Assembly: GCF_964194025.1 (NCBI RefSeq)
Contig: NC_134471.1
Location: 23,932,001 to 23,996,000, forward strand
DNA length: 64,000 bases
Reading direction: 5' to 3'
Source of the DNA: Convolutriloba macropyga
Taxonomy: Eukaryota
The notes beneath the pieces are model-generated. The model saw only the letters and a list, made by a program, of their open reading frames with translations, made no database searches and was not told the DNA's origin. Below, piece after piece: positions 1 through 14,700 of the stretch; position 1 is the first letter of the stretch, and the number at the start of each line of letters is the position of its first letter. A program made the position numbers and the translations under genes.

Positions 1-370
1 AATAAAAAGGCGATACTTTTGATATTATTTTTGAGGACAATAGATTGGATCGAGATAAACTTTAAGCAAACAATGATAATTGCTGAGGTTACGTACAAGG
101 GAGCCGAAGTTAGAAAGCCTTTCAAGATAATAATTTATTAAATCGGTTTCCGTTACTTTTACTAGAAAATATTAAAATTTCATTTCATAAATACTCGTTT
201 TATTTGTTGAGAAATTGGTAGTCTCATTTCAAAAGGCGATTTGATTGGCTGCAAAATGTATCGACTAATAACTTCTATAAATGCTCTTCTAATGCTTGCG
301 AGGGAATCTTTTAAGGTTTATTTAAAGAGCTACCGCCAACGCTGAAGCAAAGATTGAAATACATAGGAAA
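1..370 (-). repeat. Dispersed repeat; inverted, uninterrupted copy of the sequence split by the LTR insertion in DUSP12 intron 1
   Basis: Reverse complement of ~125-345 aligns to ~26825-27045 (e.g. CGCCTTTTGAAATGAGACTACCAATTTCTCAAC). Reverse complement of ~10-120 aligns to ~29950-30060 and ~36270-36390 (TTGTTTGCTTAAAGTTTATCTCGATCCAATCTATTGTCCTCAAAAATAATATC). Confidence 0.85.
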
Positions 371-570
371 NNNNNNNNNNNNNNNNNNNNNNNNNNNNNN
401 NNNNNNNNNNNNNNNNNNNNNNNNNNNNNNNNNNNNNNNNNNNNNNNNNNNNNNNNNNNNNNNNNNNNNNNNNNNNNNNNNNNNNNNNNNNNNNNNNNNN
501 NNNNNNNNNNNNNNNNNNNNNNNNNNNNNNNNNNNNNNNNNNNNNNNNNNNNNNNNNNNNNNNNNNNNNN
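371..570. other. Assembly gap (200 N)
   Basis: Run of N. Confidence 1.
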
Positions 571-2946
571 TATCGGAGGTTTTACTCTTGGCTTGAATGT
601 TGTCAATAAATAGCTTACCTCACTCTCAAAAAATACTATTTTGATTCCTTAATAGAAAGATTGTTATGGGTTTTTCGAGGAAAATTTTGAAAAAAGGTTA
701 CGGCCGATCTAAAAATTTAAAAATGATCTGAGTGCTGCTCTTGCCAGCAGCAGATAATCTGCCCTCTTTATTTGGATGTGACATTGATTAACGGCTATTA
801 TTTAGGCGCTCTCCTTTTTTAAAATTCGCTTTACCTTTTGATCACGTCTACTACTGACCTCACTCACGGTTTCAACTGAATGAATTTTAAAGTCTTTCAC
901 GCTTTGAATTACGCAATGCAATGAAAACAGTCAAAGTCAAAAGAGCAAAATCAAAAGAAACGACTCAAACCGATGAAGCCCGGTCATAGGTTACCGAAGT
1001 TGATTAGAGCGATTGCTAGCAGACATTAAGCTTAATAGTTTTCAGCTTAGAAGCTGAATTAAGTATAGTTTTAGAATCGAACTGAAACTGGGTACCGAAT
1101 TCAACACTTTGAAACTCTGTCTATTTCTACCTCTTCTTTTTTCGTTTTCTGTTTCAATCCCGATGTGCGTCAACGGCGGCTATTTTCCGGCAATCTGCCG
1201 GCTGTGTTTAAAGTTTATGGTCATCCAATTTGTTTCAGGATTTGGACGATGATTTGTTTTAATGAGATTTGCGACTTTGAACTTTGACCTGATCAGAATG
1301 CAACAACAGCCTCGATAGACTATTACGAAAACAGCAACTCATATCCTTGATTGACACCATAATCGCACAATCGTTGATCATCTCAAATCAAGAGCTCTGA
1401 CATAGATTGACCTGAAACACGGGAAAATTAAACCCAGGAGCTGGATTTTACTAAACGAAATCATCCCCCTCAATGACTTTATTTACAACTTAGAAAAAGT
1501 TGAATCGGCCAGCAGCAGTATAACGCAATAGATATCGCCTCGCAGCAATAACCTGCTATTTGGCCAGCGATGGTGTGCGATTTTGAACTTTTTGTTGATA
1601 ATCATTACAATACAGGATTATCACCACTGAATTCTAAATGGATTAACCTATACTTTTCTGGAATCTTTTCCGTATATGCCCCTAAGCTTATTGGGTGCAT
1701 TTTTTGCAACCCCAAGAGCTGTGCCACATTTTTGCTTAATGATTTACTATGTGTCATGGAACGTGCTGTGTAACTGCTGGGGGGGGGTGCATAGCTTACT
1801 GATGGGGAAGGGGGCACAAATGGAAAAGATCCCTTTTCTTTTTCTTTTCTCCCGAAGAACGATTTAGTAGGATGTTCGTCGCGACGAAATGCTTAATAAC
1901 GAAAATATTATCCTATGCACTCAAAAGTATGCAATGCTATCCAATTGTTATGGGAAGACCATGTCGTAAATTAATGCAGGACTTTTTGTCAGGTGGAAAA
2001 GAAATAACTGGAGCCAGAATTTTTTTGTTGAACTGATCTTATTTGACTTTACGTCAACTTCGAGTAGTGTTAGTGATTATTGCTAGAAATGGTATTTATG
2101 TAACATTGTTTTATTTACGTACATTGCAACTATGGACTTTGTTTTTGCAGATATTATTTATTGCTGAACATGCTTATTTTGCAACTAACATGACATAAGA
2201 AAAGAAAGTATTTTTAACATGCTTTATTTTCCCCTGAGTTAATGTGGATATTTAGTTTCTTCACAATTAAAACGTTTGCTTTCCTTGTTTCGATATTTTT
2301 CTTTTTGGATGCTGTTCGGCTTTAGTATATGAAACGTTCTGATAGAATTCAAAAATCTTCTTGGGGATTTTGGAAAATATGTATTCGAATTGTAATCATT
2401 TCCCTTAGATCATTTCCAATAGTCACTAAAAAGAACTACGCGGCACATTTTTCCATTTTGATCTCACCGTGATGGGCGACTCATGCTCGCATGTTTTTCT
2501 TTTCATTTAATGTAATACGATAGATATCCTACACGAGCAAATTTATAAATGGTACCATTGGGAAGTCTGAGAAAAGAATATATATATTTTTAAGTTGAAG
2601 ACGTTTCCACTTTCGGCCTTTTGAAGAATTGGCCGATTTTATTTTTAATATGATGAGAATTTTTGTATTTTTTGTGAAGATTTTTCAAATCCCATGAAAA
2701 ATCTAAAGCTATGAAGCTGGATAAACGAGTTCCTCAACAAAGAAGATTTTCAATTGCGATATTGAATTCTGTTATAATAGATCATAGAAAATTTTAAAAT
2801 CAGTACTGATTTTGAATAATTGTTTAATTGCTCTCAGACCGAGTTTGTAGCAATAGTTTGGGTCCTGTTGGTCTTCTGTGCGGCTTTTTGCTCTCTCAAG
2901 TTTTCGCCTTACTGATCTGACGGTGAATAAACTCAACAGCTAGAGG

Positions 2947-5900
2947 TCATTATTGTTGTTCATTGCTCTTAGAGCTTTTCTGGTCTCTAAGCATACCTTT
3001 CACGAATACTGCTGGTGAGGTTTAATTTCGTGATTGAGAGGTCAATTGTGAGATGTTTGGACCACACCCCCTCGTTTTCGTTCCCCACCCCTGCGGTGAG
3101 GCTAGTTTCATTAAACTTGAGCGCCCTACTACGAAAGCCAATCCCCTTGCCAATTTGAGAGCAATTCGACCAACAAATTTTTTTCAAATTTTTAAGCTTG
3201 ATGTAAATGATTTTGACTATTTGGTAACACGTTCAGTCTGCCTCATTGAATCTTTACTTAAATTGGTAGAAATAACGCTTTCTCATTTTTAACCGACTGC
3301 ACCTATCACATTAAGAATTTAATTAAGGGCTTTTTAAACTCTGTTGGAGTACCTCCTGTGACATTTTTTTAGGTCGGAGAGATTTTGATTCACCCAAAAA
3401 TAATTTTGCCAGATGAGGATTCTTGCCTTAAATTTGTCGATCATTGAAAATCAAGGTTTTGTGAATCAATTCAAAGCGATTATTGTAGTCGTGATTTAAA
3501 TTATATCTCCAAGGGCAGGTGAACTCAATGGGAGCAAGTTTAATATTTACAGTCAAAAGAAAAGTCTGGCAGACTAGGTTTCACTTCAGATTTTAATAGC
3601 GGTCTATAATAACGTCTTACATGTTACTAATATTTCCTCTTGCATTCCTAACTTCTCGCACTGAAGCAGGCTAAAATCAAATTGAGCCCGCTGCAACCGT
3701 TCGAGAGAAATTTGTCCGACGTTCGTGGGTTATGTTATTTAATAGACTCGATATGTTGAGCAGAGCTCTTATGGCCTTGTCTTGGGCTCTTTTTTTGTTT
3801 CTCGTCAAGATTTGTTACGGCCATATGCAATCACGCTCACTCAAAATCTGTTTTTTGTTCATTCCTTCGTGCAATTTGGTTTAATTTCGTGCGTGACCGC
3901 TTTTTTCACTCTTTATGGAGCTAGTATTTTTTTCATTCCCGTTAAGTTTTTGATCCCACTTGACTTACGCCACTCTCAAATGACTTTCCTAATTTCAATA
4001 TTACTTATTTTTTAATAGTTATGGTTGACTACGAATAAGTCACCCTATGTTAAGGTTAATGGATGTCTACTAATAGAAACAACACATAAGTTATTCGAAA
4101 TTCAAATCGAAATCTGACATCTCAGCAATTAGAAAAAAACGGAAAATTCTTTTTTGAATTTTTGATAGTTTTTCGGTCACTTACCTCATACTAAAAAATA
4201 CTGAAAAATGAGACTACAGTTCTATGAAGCCATCGCACCTATTTAATGGCAATCGGCCATCTCTTGTTGTTTAATGGCTGCAATTATCGTCATAGCCGGC
4301 TATTATAATGCTCCTATTTTTACAAAACGTATTTTGATTGTATTGTGTGTACTGTTTTCAAGATCTGTTCACACTTTGTTCGGCTTTTTCACATCAGCGA
4401 GCAGATTTCAGAGCGCTGATTTTCGTAATGCTGAAGTGGTAAAGGGAGCGGAAAATTGATTCGATTTGGTTTCGGGCGCGATTTTTTTCAAACTACCCTG
4501 AAATTGAAGTGAAAAATTGTTGTTCGAACAAATTTTCGGTTTTTGATCGGAAATTTTTGTCAGTTTCCGAATTATTTTTCTCTTGAATGCTTTTAAAAAT
4601 GGTAAATTTGTGTTCTAAGTGTGCCTTTTTACAATTGCTTGGATTTATCAACAGGCAGCTAATGCTTTTTATCTTTTTGACACAATTTGTGTTCATAAAA
4701 TGTTAGCGAAGATTTCATTTTTGCCCCGTTTTTGAATGGTTTTTGTTGTCTTATCAATTAGTATCATTGATAACTGGTCTAATTGGTTGCTAATGAGGCA
4801 TAAATGAACATAATTTAAAGTTCGAATTAACAGCTGTTATTCATGACTTGGAAACTACTTTTTCTCATTATTGTTGTTCATTGCTCTTAGAGCTTTTCTG
4901 GTCTCTAAGCATACCTTTCACGAATACTGCTGGTGAGGTTTAATTTCGTGATTGAGAGGTCAATTGTGAGATGTTTGGACCACACCCCCTCGTTTTCGTT
5001 CCCCACCCCTGCGGTGAGGCTAGTTTCATTAAACTTGAGCGCCCTACTACGAAAGCCAATCCCCTTGCCAATTTGAGAGCAATTCGACCAACAAATTTTT
5101 TTCAAATTTTTAAGCTTGATGTAAATGATTTTGACTATTTGGTAACACGTTCAGTCTGCCTCATTGAATCTTTACTTAAATTGGTAGAAATAACGCTTTC
5201 TCATTTTTAACCGACTGCACCTATCACATTAAGAATTTAATTAAGGGCTTTTTAAACTCTGTTGGAGTACCTCCTGTGACATTTTTTTAGGTCGGAGAGA
5301 TTTTGATTCACCCAAAAATAATTTTGCCAGATGAGGATTCTTGCCTTAAATTTGTCGATCATTGAAAATCAAGGTTTTGTGAATCAATTCAAAGCGATTA
5401 TTGTAGTCGTGATTTAAATTATATCTCCAAGGGCAGGTGAACTCAATGGGAGCAAGTTTAATATTTACAGTCAAAAGAAAAGTCTGGCAGACTAGGTTTC
5501 ACTTCAGATTTTAATAGCGGTCTATAATAACGTCTTACATGTTACTAATATTTCCTCTTGCATTCCTAACTTCTCGCACTGAAGCAGGCTAAAATCAAAT
5601 TGAGCCCGCTGCAACCGTTCGAGAGAAATTTGTCCGACGTTCGTGGGTTATGTTATTTAATAGACTCGATATGTTGAGCAGAGCTCTTATGGCCTTGTCT
5701 TGGGCTCTTTTTTTGTTTCTCGTCAAGATTTGTTACGGCCATATGCAATCACGCTCACTCAAAATCTGTTTTTTGTTCATTCCTTCGTGCAATTTGGTTT
5801 AATTTCGTGCGTGACCGCTTTTTTCACTCTTTATGGAGCTAGTATTTTTTTCATTCCCGTTAAGTTTTTGATCCCACTTGACTTACGCCACTCTCAAATG

Positions 5901-6785
5901 ACTTTCCTAATTTCAATATTACTTATTTTTTAATAGTTATGGTTGACTACGAATAAGTCACCCTATGTTAAGGTTAATGGATGTCTACTAATAGAAACAA
6001 CACATAAGTTATTCGAAATTCAAATCGAAATCTGACATCTCAGCAATTAGAAAAAAACGGAAAATTCTTTTTTGAATTTTTGATAGTTTTTCGGTCACTT
6101 ACCTCATACTAAAAAATACTGAAAAATGAGACTACAGTTCTATGAAGCCATCGCACCTATTTAATGGCAATCGGCCATCTCTTGTTGTTTAATGGCTGCA
6201 ATTATCGTCATAGCCGGCTATTATAATGCTCCTATTTTTACAAAACGTATTTTGATTGTATTGTGTGTACTGTTTTCAAGATCTGTTCACACTTTGTTCG
6301 GCTTTTTCACATCAGCGAGCAGATTTCAGAGCGCTGATTTTCGTAATGCTGAAGTGGTAAAGGGAGCGGAAAATTGATTCGATTTGGTTTCGGGCGCGAT
6401 TTTTTTCAAACTACCCTGAAATTGAAGTGAAAAATTGTTGTTCGAACAAATTTTCGGTTTTTGATCGGAAATTTTTGTCAGTTTCCGAATTATTTTTCTC
6501 TTGAATGCTTTTAAAAATGGTAAATTTGTGTTCTAAGTGTGCCTTTTTACAATTGCTTGGATTTATCAACAGGCAGCTAATGCTTTTTATCTTTTTGACA
6601 CAATTTGTGTTCATAAAATGTTAGCGAAGATTTCATTTTTGCCCCGTTTTTGAATGGTTTTTGTTGTCTTATCAATTAGTATCATTGATAACTGGTCTAA
6701 TTGGTTGCTAATGAGGCATAAATGAACATAATTTAAAGTTCGAATTAACAGCTGTTATTCATGACTTGGAAACTACTTTTTCTCA
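2947..6785. repeat. Tandem duplication, period 1918 bp (two apparently identical copies)
   Basis: TCATTATTGTTGTTCATTGCTC starts at 2947 and 4865. ORF track entries repeat with offset 1918 (2987/4905, 3782/5700, 4493/6411). Confidence 0.95.
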
Positions 6786-9700
6786 AAAAATTTGGTAACA
6801 CATTCAGTCTGCCTCATTGACTCTTTACTTAAATTGGTAGAATTAACGCTTTCTCATTTTTAACCGACTTCACCTATCACATTAAGAATTTAATTAAGGG
6901 CTTTTTAAACTCTGTTGGAGTACCTCCTGTGACATTTTTTTAGGTCGGAGAGATTTTGATTCACCCAAAAATAATTTTGCCAGATGAGGATTCTTGCCTT
7001 AAATTTGTCGATCATTGAAAATCAAGGTTTTGTGAATCAGTTCAGAGCGATTACTGTAGTCGTGATTTAAATTATATCTCCAAGGGCAGGTGAACTCAAT
7101 GGGAGCAAGTTTAATAATTACAGTCAAAAGAAAAGTCTGGCAGACTAGGTTTCACTTCAGATTTTAATAGTGGTCTATAATAACGTCTTACATGTTAGTA
7201 ATATTTCCTCTTGCATTCCAAACTTCTTGGATTGAAGCAGGCTAAAATCAAAATGAGCCCGCTGCAACCGTTCATGAGAAATTTGTCCGACGTTCGTGGG
7301 TTATGTTATTTAATAGACTCGATATGTTGAGCAGAGCTCTTATGGCCTTGTCTTGGGCTCTTTTTTTATTTCTCGTCAAGATTTGTTACGGCCATATGCA
7401 ATCACGCTCACTCAAAACCTGTTTTTTGTTCATTCCTTCGTGCAATTTGGTTTAATTTCGTGCGTGACCGCTTTTTTCACTCTTTATGGAGCTAGTATTT
7501 TTTTCATTCCCGTTAAGTTTTTGATCCCACTTGACTTACGTCACTCTCAAATGACTTTCCTAATTTCAATATTACTTATTTTTTAATAGTTATGGTTTAC
7601 TACGAATAAGTCACCCTATGTTAAGGTTAATGGATGTCTACTAATAGAAACAACACATAAGTTATTCGAAATTCAAATCGAAATATGACATCTCAGCAAT
7701 TAGAAAAAAACGGAAAATTCTTTTTTGAATTTTTGATAGTTTTTCGGTCACTTACCTCATACTAAAAAATACTGAAAAATGAGACTACAGTTCTATGAAG
7801 CCATCGCACCTATTTATTGGCAATCGGCCATCTCTTGTTGTTTAATGGCTGCACTTATCACTTATCGTCATAGCCGGCTATTATAATGCTCCTATTTTTA
7901 CAAAACGTATTTTGATTGTATTGTCTGTACTGTTTTCAAGATCTGTTCACACTTTGTTCGGCTTTTTTACATCAGCGTGCAGATTTCAGAGCGGTGATTT
8001 TCGTAATGCTGAAGTGGTAAAGGGAGCGGAAAATCGATTCGATTAGGTTTCAGGCGTGATTTTTTTTCAAACTACCCTGAAAGTGAAATGAAAAATTGTT
8101 GTTCGAACAAATTTTCGGTTTTTGATTGGAAATTTTTGTCAGTTTCCGAATTATTTTTCTCTTGAATGCTTTTAAAAATAGTAAATTTGTGTTCTAAGTG
8201 TGCCTTTTTACAATTGCTTGGATTTATCAACAGGCAGCTAATGCTTGTTATCTTTTTGACACAATTTGTGTTCATAAAATGTTAGCGAAGATTTCATTTT
8301 TGCCCCGTTTTTGAATGGTTTTTGTCTTTTCAATTAGTATCATTGATAACTGGTCTAATTGGTTGCTAATGAGGCATAAATGAACATAATTTAAAGTTCG
8401 AATTAACAGCTGTTATTCATGACTTGGAAACTACTTTTTCTCAAAAAATTTGGTAACACATTCAGTCTGCCTCATTGAATCTTTACTTAAATTGGTAGAA
8501 TTAACGCTTCCTCATTTTTAACCGACTGCACCTATCACATTAAGATTTTAATTAAGGGCTTTTTAAACTCTGTTGGAGTACCTCCTGTGACATTTTTTTA
8601 GGTCGGAGAGATTTTGATTCACCCAAAAATAATTTTGCCAGATGAGGATTCTTGCCTTAAATTTGTCGATCATTGAAAATCAAGGTTTTGTGAATCAGTT
8701 CAGAGCGATTACTGTAGTCGTGATTTAAATTATATCTCCAAGGGCAGGTGAACTCAATGGGAGCAAGTTTAATAATTACAGTCAAAAGAAAAGTCTGGCA
8801 GACTAGGTTTCACTTCAGATTTTAATAGTGGTCTATAATAACGTCTTACATGTTAGTAATATTTCCTCTTGCATTCCAAACTTCGTGGATTGAAGCAGGC
8901 TAAAATCAAAATGAGCCCGCTGCAACCGTTCATGAGAAATTTGTCCGACGTTCGTGGGTTATGTTATTTAATAGACTCGATATGTTGAGCAGAGCTCTTA
9001 TGGCCTTGTCTTGGGCTCTTTTTTTATTTCTCGTCAAGATTTGTTACGGCCATATGCAATCACGCTCACTCAAAATCTGTTTTTTGTTCATTCCTTCGTG
9101 CAATTTGGTTTAATTTCGTGCGTGACCGCTTTTTTCACTCTTTATGGAGCTAGTATTTTTTTCATTCCCGTTAAGTTTTTGATCCCACTTGACTTACGTC
9201 ACTCTCAAATGACTTTCCTAATTTCAATATTACTTATTTTTTAATAGTTATGGTTTACTACGAATAAGTCACCCTATGTTAAGGTTAATGGATGTCTACT
9301 AATAGAAACAACACATAAGTTATTCGAATTTCAAATCGAAATATGACATCTCAGCAATTAGAAAAAAACGGAAAATTCTTTTTTGAATTTTTGATAGTTT
9401 TTCGGTCACTTACCTCATACTAAAAAATACTGAAAAATGAGACTACAGTTCTATGAAGCCATCGCACCTTTTTATTGGCAATCGGCCATCTCTTGTTGTT
9501 TAATGGCTGCACTTATCACTTATCGTCATAGCCGGCTATTATAATGCTCCTATTTTTACAAAACGTATTTTGATTGTATTGTGTGTACTGTTTTCAAGAT
9601 CTGTTCACACTTTGTTCGGCTTTTTTACATCAGCGTGCAGATTTCAGAGCGGTGATTTTCGTAATGCTGAAGTGGTAAAGGGAGCGGAAAATCGATTCGA

Positions 9701-11768
9701 TTAGGTTTCAGGCGTGATTTTTTTCAAACTACCCTGAAAGTGAAATGAAAAATTGTTGTTCGAACAAATTTTCGGTTTTTGATTGGAAATTTTTGTCAGT
9801 TTCCGAATTATTTTTCTCTTGAATGCTTTTAAAAATAGTAAATTTGTTTTCTAAGTGTGCCTTTTTACAATTGCTTGGATTTATCAACAGGCAGCTAATG
9901 CTTGTTATCTTTTTGACACAATTTGTGTTCATAAAATGTTAGCGAAGATTTCATTTTTGCCCCGTTTTTGAATGGTTTTTGTTGTCTTATCAATTAGTAT
10001 CATTGATAACTGGTCTAATTGGTTGCTAATGAGGCATAAATGAACATAATTTAAAGTTCGAATTAACAGCTGTTATTCATGACTTGGAAACTACTTTTTC
10101 TCAAAAAATTTGGTAACACATTCAGTCTGCCTCATTGAATCTTTACTTAAATTGGTAGAATTAACGCTTTCTCATTTTTAACCGACTTCACCTATCACAT
10201 TAAGAATTTAATTAAGGGCTTTTTAAACTCTGTTGGAGCACCTCCTGTGACATTTTTTTAGGTCGGAGAGATTTTGATTCACCCAAAAATAATTTTGCCA
10301 GATGAGGATTCTTGCCTTAAATTTGTCGATCATTGAAAATCAAGGTTTTGTGAATCAGTTCAGAGCGATTACTGTAGTCGTGATTTAAATTATATCTCCA
10401 AGGGCAGGTGAACTCAATGGGAGCAAGTTTAATAATTACAGTCAAAAGAAAAGTCTGGCAGACTAGGTTTCACTTCAGATTTTAATAGTGGTCTGTAATA
10501 ACGTCTTACATGTTACTAATATTTCCTCTTGCATTCCAAACTTCTTGGATTGAAGCAGGCTAAAATCAAAATGAGCCCGCTGCAACCGTTCATGAGAAAT
10601 TTGTCCGACGTTCGTGGGTTATGTTATTTAATAGACTCGATATGTTGAGCAGAGCTCTTATGGCCTTGTCTTGGGCTCTTTTTTTATTTCTCGTCAAGAT
10701 TTGTTACGGCCATATGCAATCACGCTCACTCAAAATCTGTTTTTTGTTCATTCCTTCGTGCAATTTGGTTTAATTTCGTGCGTGACCGCGTTTTTCACTC
10801 TTTATGGAGCTTGTATTTTTTCATTCCCGTTAAGTTTTTGATCCCACTTGACTTACGTCACTCTCAAATGACTTTCCTAATTTCAATATTACTTATTTTT
10901 TAATAGTTATGGTTTACTACGAATAAGACACCCTATGTTAAGGTTAATGGATGTCTACTAATAGAAACAACACATAAGTTATTCGAAATTTAAATCGAAA
11001 TATGACATCTCAGCAATTAGAAAAAACGGAAAATTCTTTTGAATTTTTGATAGTTTTTCGGTCACTTACCTCATACTAAAAAATACTGAAAAATGAGACT
11101 ACAGTTCTATGAAGCCATCGCACCTATTTATTGGCAATCGGCCATCTCTTGTTGTTTAATGGCTGCACTTATCACTTATCGTCATAGCCGGCTATTATAA
11201 TGCTCCTATTTTTACAAAACGTATTTTGATTGTATTGTGTGTACTGTTTTCAAGATCTGTTCACACTTTGTTCGGCTTTTTTACATCAGCGAGCAGATTT
11301 CAGAGCGCTGATTTTCGTAATGCTGAAGTGGTAAAGGGAGCGGAAAATCGATTCGATTAGGTTTCAGGCGTGATTTTTTTTCAAACTACCCTGAAAGTGA
11401 AATGAAAAATTGTTGTTCGAACAAATTTTCGGTTTTTGATTGGAGATTTTTGTCAGTTTCCGAATTATTTTTCTCTTGAACGCTTTTAAAAATAGTAAAT
11501 TTGTGTTCTAAGTGTGCCTTTTTACAATTGCTTGGATTTATCAACAGGCAGCTAATGCTTGTTATCTTTTTGACACAATTTGTGTTCATAAAATGTTAGC
11601 GAAGATTTCATTTTTGCCCCGTTTTTGAATGTTTTTTGTTGTGTTATCAATTAGTATCATTGATAACTGGTCTAATTGGTTGCTAATGAGGCATAAATGA
11701 ACATAATTAAAAGTTCGAATTAACAGCTGTTATTCATGACTTGGAAAATACTTTTTCTCAAAAAATTT
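3219..11768. repeat. Tandem array of a ~1.65-1.66 kb unit (5 copies starting ~3219, 5137, 6790, 8448, 10108; partial 6th at 13842-14800)
   Basis: ATTTGGTAACAC(G/A)TTCAGTCTGCC recurs at each unit start. The MNTNCVKK ORF recurs at 4696, 6614, 8275, 9932, 11589 and 14628. Copies 3-6 share a CACTTAT duplication that copies 1-2 lack. Confidence 0.95.
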
Positions 11769-14700
11769 TGTGAATTTTTGAGTTTTGCTACTATTTGTAC
11801 TTTTTGTTGTCTTATAATTTTATCTCATTAGTGATAGGTCTCATAGAATGCGAATTGGGGTTGTGTCGGTAGACATAACAGTTACTGTTTAAAGCTAATT
11901 CTTTCTATGACTTCTGAGTTCTGCAAATTTTTACTGAGCGTTTTGTTGACTTCTGTTAGTCCATTTAATGACAGGTCTCATGCTCGCAAGTGAGGATTAA
12001 ATCTAAATATTAGTTTCAAAGCCCAGTCTACTGATTTCGTGATTTTTTGCACTATTTATTTTCATTAGCTTGATTTTGACACTTTCAGAAAATATAACTT
12101 GATTCTTTAGTCTTGAATGTCTTTAGTCTTGAATGTCTTTAGTCTTGAATATAACTTGATTCGTTAGTCGAACATTCAAGACTAAATAATCAAGTTATAT
12201 TTTCTGAGTGTCAAAATCAAAAAATAGTGTCAGAGTTATGAAAAACAGCTGTTTTTCTTTTCACTTTCATTTTGTTGCTTTTCTTAAGGTGTTATCAATG
12301 TTCTCAAAACTGAAAGTTCACCTTGGCTGTCAAGTGTGACTCACTTTTGGTTAGCTTATTAGCGCCAACTTAAAGCCAACATTTTCATTGAGATAGTGTT
12401 TGTTTTCGAAATAATCAGTTGAATTTGTGAATCTTGCCTTGCTTTGTAGTTATATTGTCGCTTGTCATTGAACCTGCTAAGAGGTGTAGCTAGGACTTCT
12501 ATGGTTTTTTGGTATGCTCTGGTTAAGGATATTGGCATGTAGTTATGTAGTTTTCTTACTTTGAGGCGGCTGACTGACTTTCAGAAATATATTTTTTGCC
12601 GAATTGATTTATGCCATGAATTGATTTATTTGGTTTTCGCCTACTTTGCTTTGTCATTAATTTCCTCAAGAATGTTGTTTTTGACTCAATATAAAAACAG
12701 GGTCAGTGTTTCCAGAATTGGAGGTTAGTATTAGTGATTCTTAAAACACTCTCTTGCAAACGGAAATCTAATTGTTTTTAGATTTTTTTTGCATTTTTGC
12801 GCTTATAGGGTCATGCGCTTTGTTGACTGTCTTTTTAAATGTTAATGTAACAGGGTTAGCTGCAGAGTCATTATTTAGTTCAATTTTTAGATTGTACTTC
12901 GTAATATTTTTACTTCGTTGAATAAGAATTTGTTTCGCTTACCTTAGTTCACAGCTTGTTGAACAATTTGCATAAAATCTTCTGACTTCTCTAGGCTAGT
13001 TTCATTCATCGCTCATTTTCTCTAATTGTTTTAAAACAGCAATTTCTCAGCGCAGCAATGTAAAGTGAAAAGAATTAGCATCGAAAATTGGAATCAAAAT
13101 GAAAACGGGATAAACCCATAAAGCCCAATTTTAGAGGCCCGCTAATTGAACTTTGTTCTTATTATTCTTAGTTAACGTTTCTATTGTTTTGGACTTGATG
13201 CTAGCCCCTTTGTCCTCTCTTTAAGAACCGGTGTATGCGTAACTACGAAATCCAATCACAATAGTTTGAACTTCAAAAAATCTTTTTGTACAATCAATTT
13301 TTTTTCTGTTCCTGCAATCCCAATCGGTGTTATGGAATCAATGGCGGCTATTTTCCGGCAATCTGCCGGGTATGTATGTAAAGGCTTAATGATGTTTAAA
13401 GCTCATCTAGAATTGGTTCTATCCGAGGCGTATTGGGGCCTTCTTTTAAGGCTCGTCTTGTCTAAGTTTTCCTTTGATTGGATTTTTCGTTGTGTCGCTT
13501 TTACAAATGGAAATTAATAACGTATAATTTATAGAACATGTTTCCAGAAATTAAATAGGTCATATATTTTTAACCGTCCCCCTGTGGTTGCTCCACACTG
13601 TTGTATAAACATTTCAAATTTTCAATTTTGTTGGAAACTTACTATTATTTGTCGAATTGTTTGTAACTGAAGGTTGATACTGTCAGCAGGTTTGTCCCTT
13701 TGCTTCAAGTTAATTTTTCTAATAAGTATACTGAGAAATTTGCTTCTGCAAAAATGAAAACACTACGTTTTGATCGTTTTATCAATGCAACCCAAAAATT
13801 TATCACCTAAGTGCTTCGCGTTAAGTTCTTATTCCTTTTTTTGGAGCTAGTATTTTTTCATTCCCGTGAAGTTTTTGATCCCACTTGACTTACGTCACTC
13901 TCAAATGACTTTCCTCAGTTTCAATATTACTTATTTTTTAATAGTTATGGTTTACTACGAATAAATCACCCTATGTTAAGGTTAATGGATGTCTACTAAT
14001 AGAAACAACACATAAGTTATTCGAAATTTAAATCGAAATATGACATCTCAGCAATTAGAAAAAAACGGAAAATTCTTTTGAATTTTTGATAGTTTTTCGG
14101 TCACTTACCTCATACTAAAAAATACTGAAAAATGAGACTACAGCTCTATGAAGCCATCGCACCTATTTATTGGCAATCGGCCATCTCTTGTTGTTTAATG
14201 GCTGCACTTATCACTTATCGTCATAGCCGGCTATTATAATGCTCCTATTTTTACAAAACCTATTTTGATTGTATTGTGTGTACGGTTTTCAAGATCTGTT
14301 CACACTTTGTTCGGCTTTTTTACATCAGCGAGCAGATTTCAGAGCGGTGATTTTTGTAATGCTGAAGTGGTAAAGGACGCGGAAAATCGATTCGATTAGG
14401 TTTCAGGCGTGATTTTTTTTCAAACTACCCTGAAAGTGAAATGAAAAATTGTTGTTCGAACAAATTTTCGGTTTTTGATTGGAAATTTTTGTCAGTTTCC
14501 GAATTATTTTTCTCTTGAATGCTTTTAAAAATAGTAAATTTGTGTTCTAAGTGTGCCTTTTTACAATTGCTTGGATTTATCAACAGGCAGCTAATGCTTG
14601 TTATCTTTTTGACACAATTTGTGTTCATAAAATGTTAGCGAAGATTTCATTTTTGCCCCGTTTTTGAATGGTTTTTGTTGTCTTATCAATTAGTATCATT

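Noticed and set aside
322-606. ORFs spanning N gaps (also 57081-57638)
   Set aside because: Artefacts of translating N runs.
1300-1775. Coding-like stretch (…GCIFCNPKSC…)
   Set aside because: Looks like a decayed ORF but is interrupted and matches no family I can name.
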